The position numbers and the translations under genes were made by a program. The notes beneath the pieces are model-generated. The model was not told where the DNA came from. It did not search any database and worked only from the letters and a program-made list of their open reading frames with translations. Below, piece by piece: positions 52,744 to 53,201 of a stretch of 53,201 nt of DNA. The stretch's first letter is position 1, and each line of letters opens with the position of its first letter. The stretch comes from a virus (Duplodnaviria > Caudoviricetes), in the IMG/VR virus record IMGVR_UViG_3300044797_000084, positions 1-53,201 of that record. One strand, 5' to 3'.

Positions 52744-53201
52744 ATGGCACCATGGAGCGAGGCCGACCAGGAAAAGCACCACCGGGAGACGAACGACGCC
52801 TACCGCGCCATCGGCCGATACGTCGTGGCGTTCGCGGAGATGGTGCGCGAGATGCGCATCCTTGTAGGCCTCTACATAGCCGGTGGCACCCGCTGGATCC
52901 TGGTAGACATGGCCTTTGGCGAGGCGACCGCCCAGCCGGTGTCCGTCGCCTTCTTCTCGCTCTGCCGAGACGCCGGAGAGTTCACCAAAGCGGAGGAGGA
53001 AGTGGCCGATGCGCTCAGCAAAGCCGTGGCGAAGACGATCCGCGAACGGAACGACATCGCGCACGGTGACTGGACCGTAGGCGCGACCACGTTTGATGAG
53101 CACCGAAACCCGGAGACCATGACGCCGCGCCTGTTGCGCGCCACCCCGCGCGGCAAGACGCCTTACAAGGTCGAAGCCCTCAAACCGTCGGAGATCGACG
53201 A
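52744..53201 (+). CDS. HEPN-domain protein, 3' end outside the window
   Basis: AIGRYVVAF..M...ERNDIAHGDW (RxxxxH); TAGGCT-7-ATG. Confidence 0.7.
   Translation, partial: MAPWSEADQEKHHRETNDAYRAIGRYVVAFAEMVREMRILVGLYIAGGTRWILVDMAFGEATAQPVSVAFFSLCRDAGEFTKAEEEVADALSKAVAKTIRERNDIAHGDWTVGATTFDEHRNPETMTPRLLRATPRGKTPYKVEALKPSEID

Larger units (their letters stand above)
1..53201. mobile_element. Partial siphovirus-like phage/prophage genome (actinobacterial host); ends not in window
   Basis: Syntenic head-tail, tail tube, chaperone, tape measure, Dit, fibre and lysis genes, followed by a coupled early operon; high GC. Confidence 0.95.

Overview
A 53 kb, high-GC segment of a tailed (siphovirus-like) actinobacterial phage or prophage. 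The host is tentatively Thermoleophilia/Solirubrobacterales-like, an inference from small-protein families and leaderless TAnnnT promoters. Most genes lie on the minus strand and read right to left in this order: an inverted XRE-regulator pair and a HEPN gene; a ~7 kb glycan-modification cluster (about 8 glycosyltransferase-like genes, an FkbM methyltransferase and a LbH acetyltransferase); head-tail and tail genes (tube, frameshifted chaperone, 1447-aa tape measure with a lysozyme domain, Dit, fibre, minor tail proteins); an accessory island (20-28.7 kb); an extended lysis region; a tRNA; and a translationally coupled early operon (Cro-like HTH, PD-(D/E)XK nuclease, HNH proteins, SNF2 helicase, DNA methyltransferase, ParB-like protein). 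No terminase, portal, capsid, integrase, CRISPR or reverse transcriptase is visible. The most unusual signals are: (1) a stand-alone gene carrying a 29-aa copy of the tape-measure C-terminus with mostly synonymous divergence, a possible tail-assembly decoy; (2) a tRNA(UUC) with a UUCG hairpin inserted in its D-loop and an acceptor stem extendable to 9 bp; (3) a papain-like peptidase with its catalytic His segment moved ahead of the Cys; (4) the large glycosylation cluster headed by an in-frame GGNNN pentamer array; (5) a minimal VIT1/CCC1 protein and a lipoprotein endolysin in the lysis region; (6) a duplicated 13-aa SLF micro-ORF; (7) ATC start codons and dif-like sites. All family calls come from motif recognition by eye, not from database searches.
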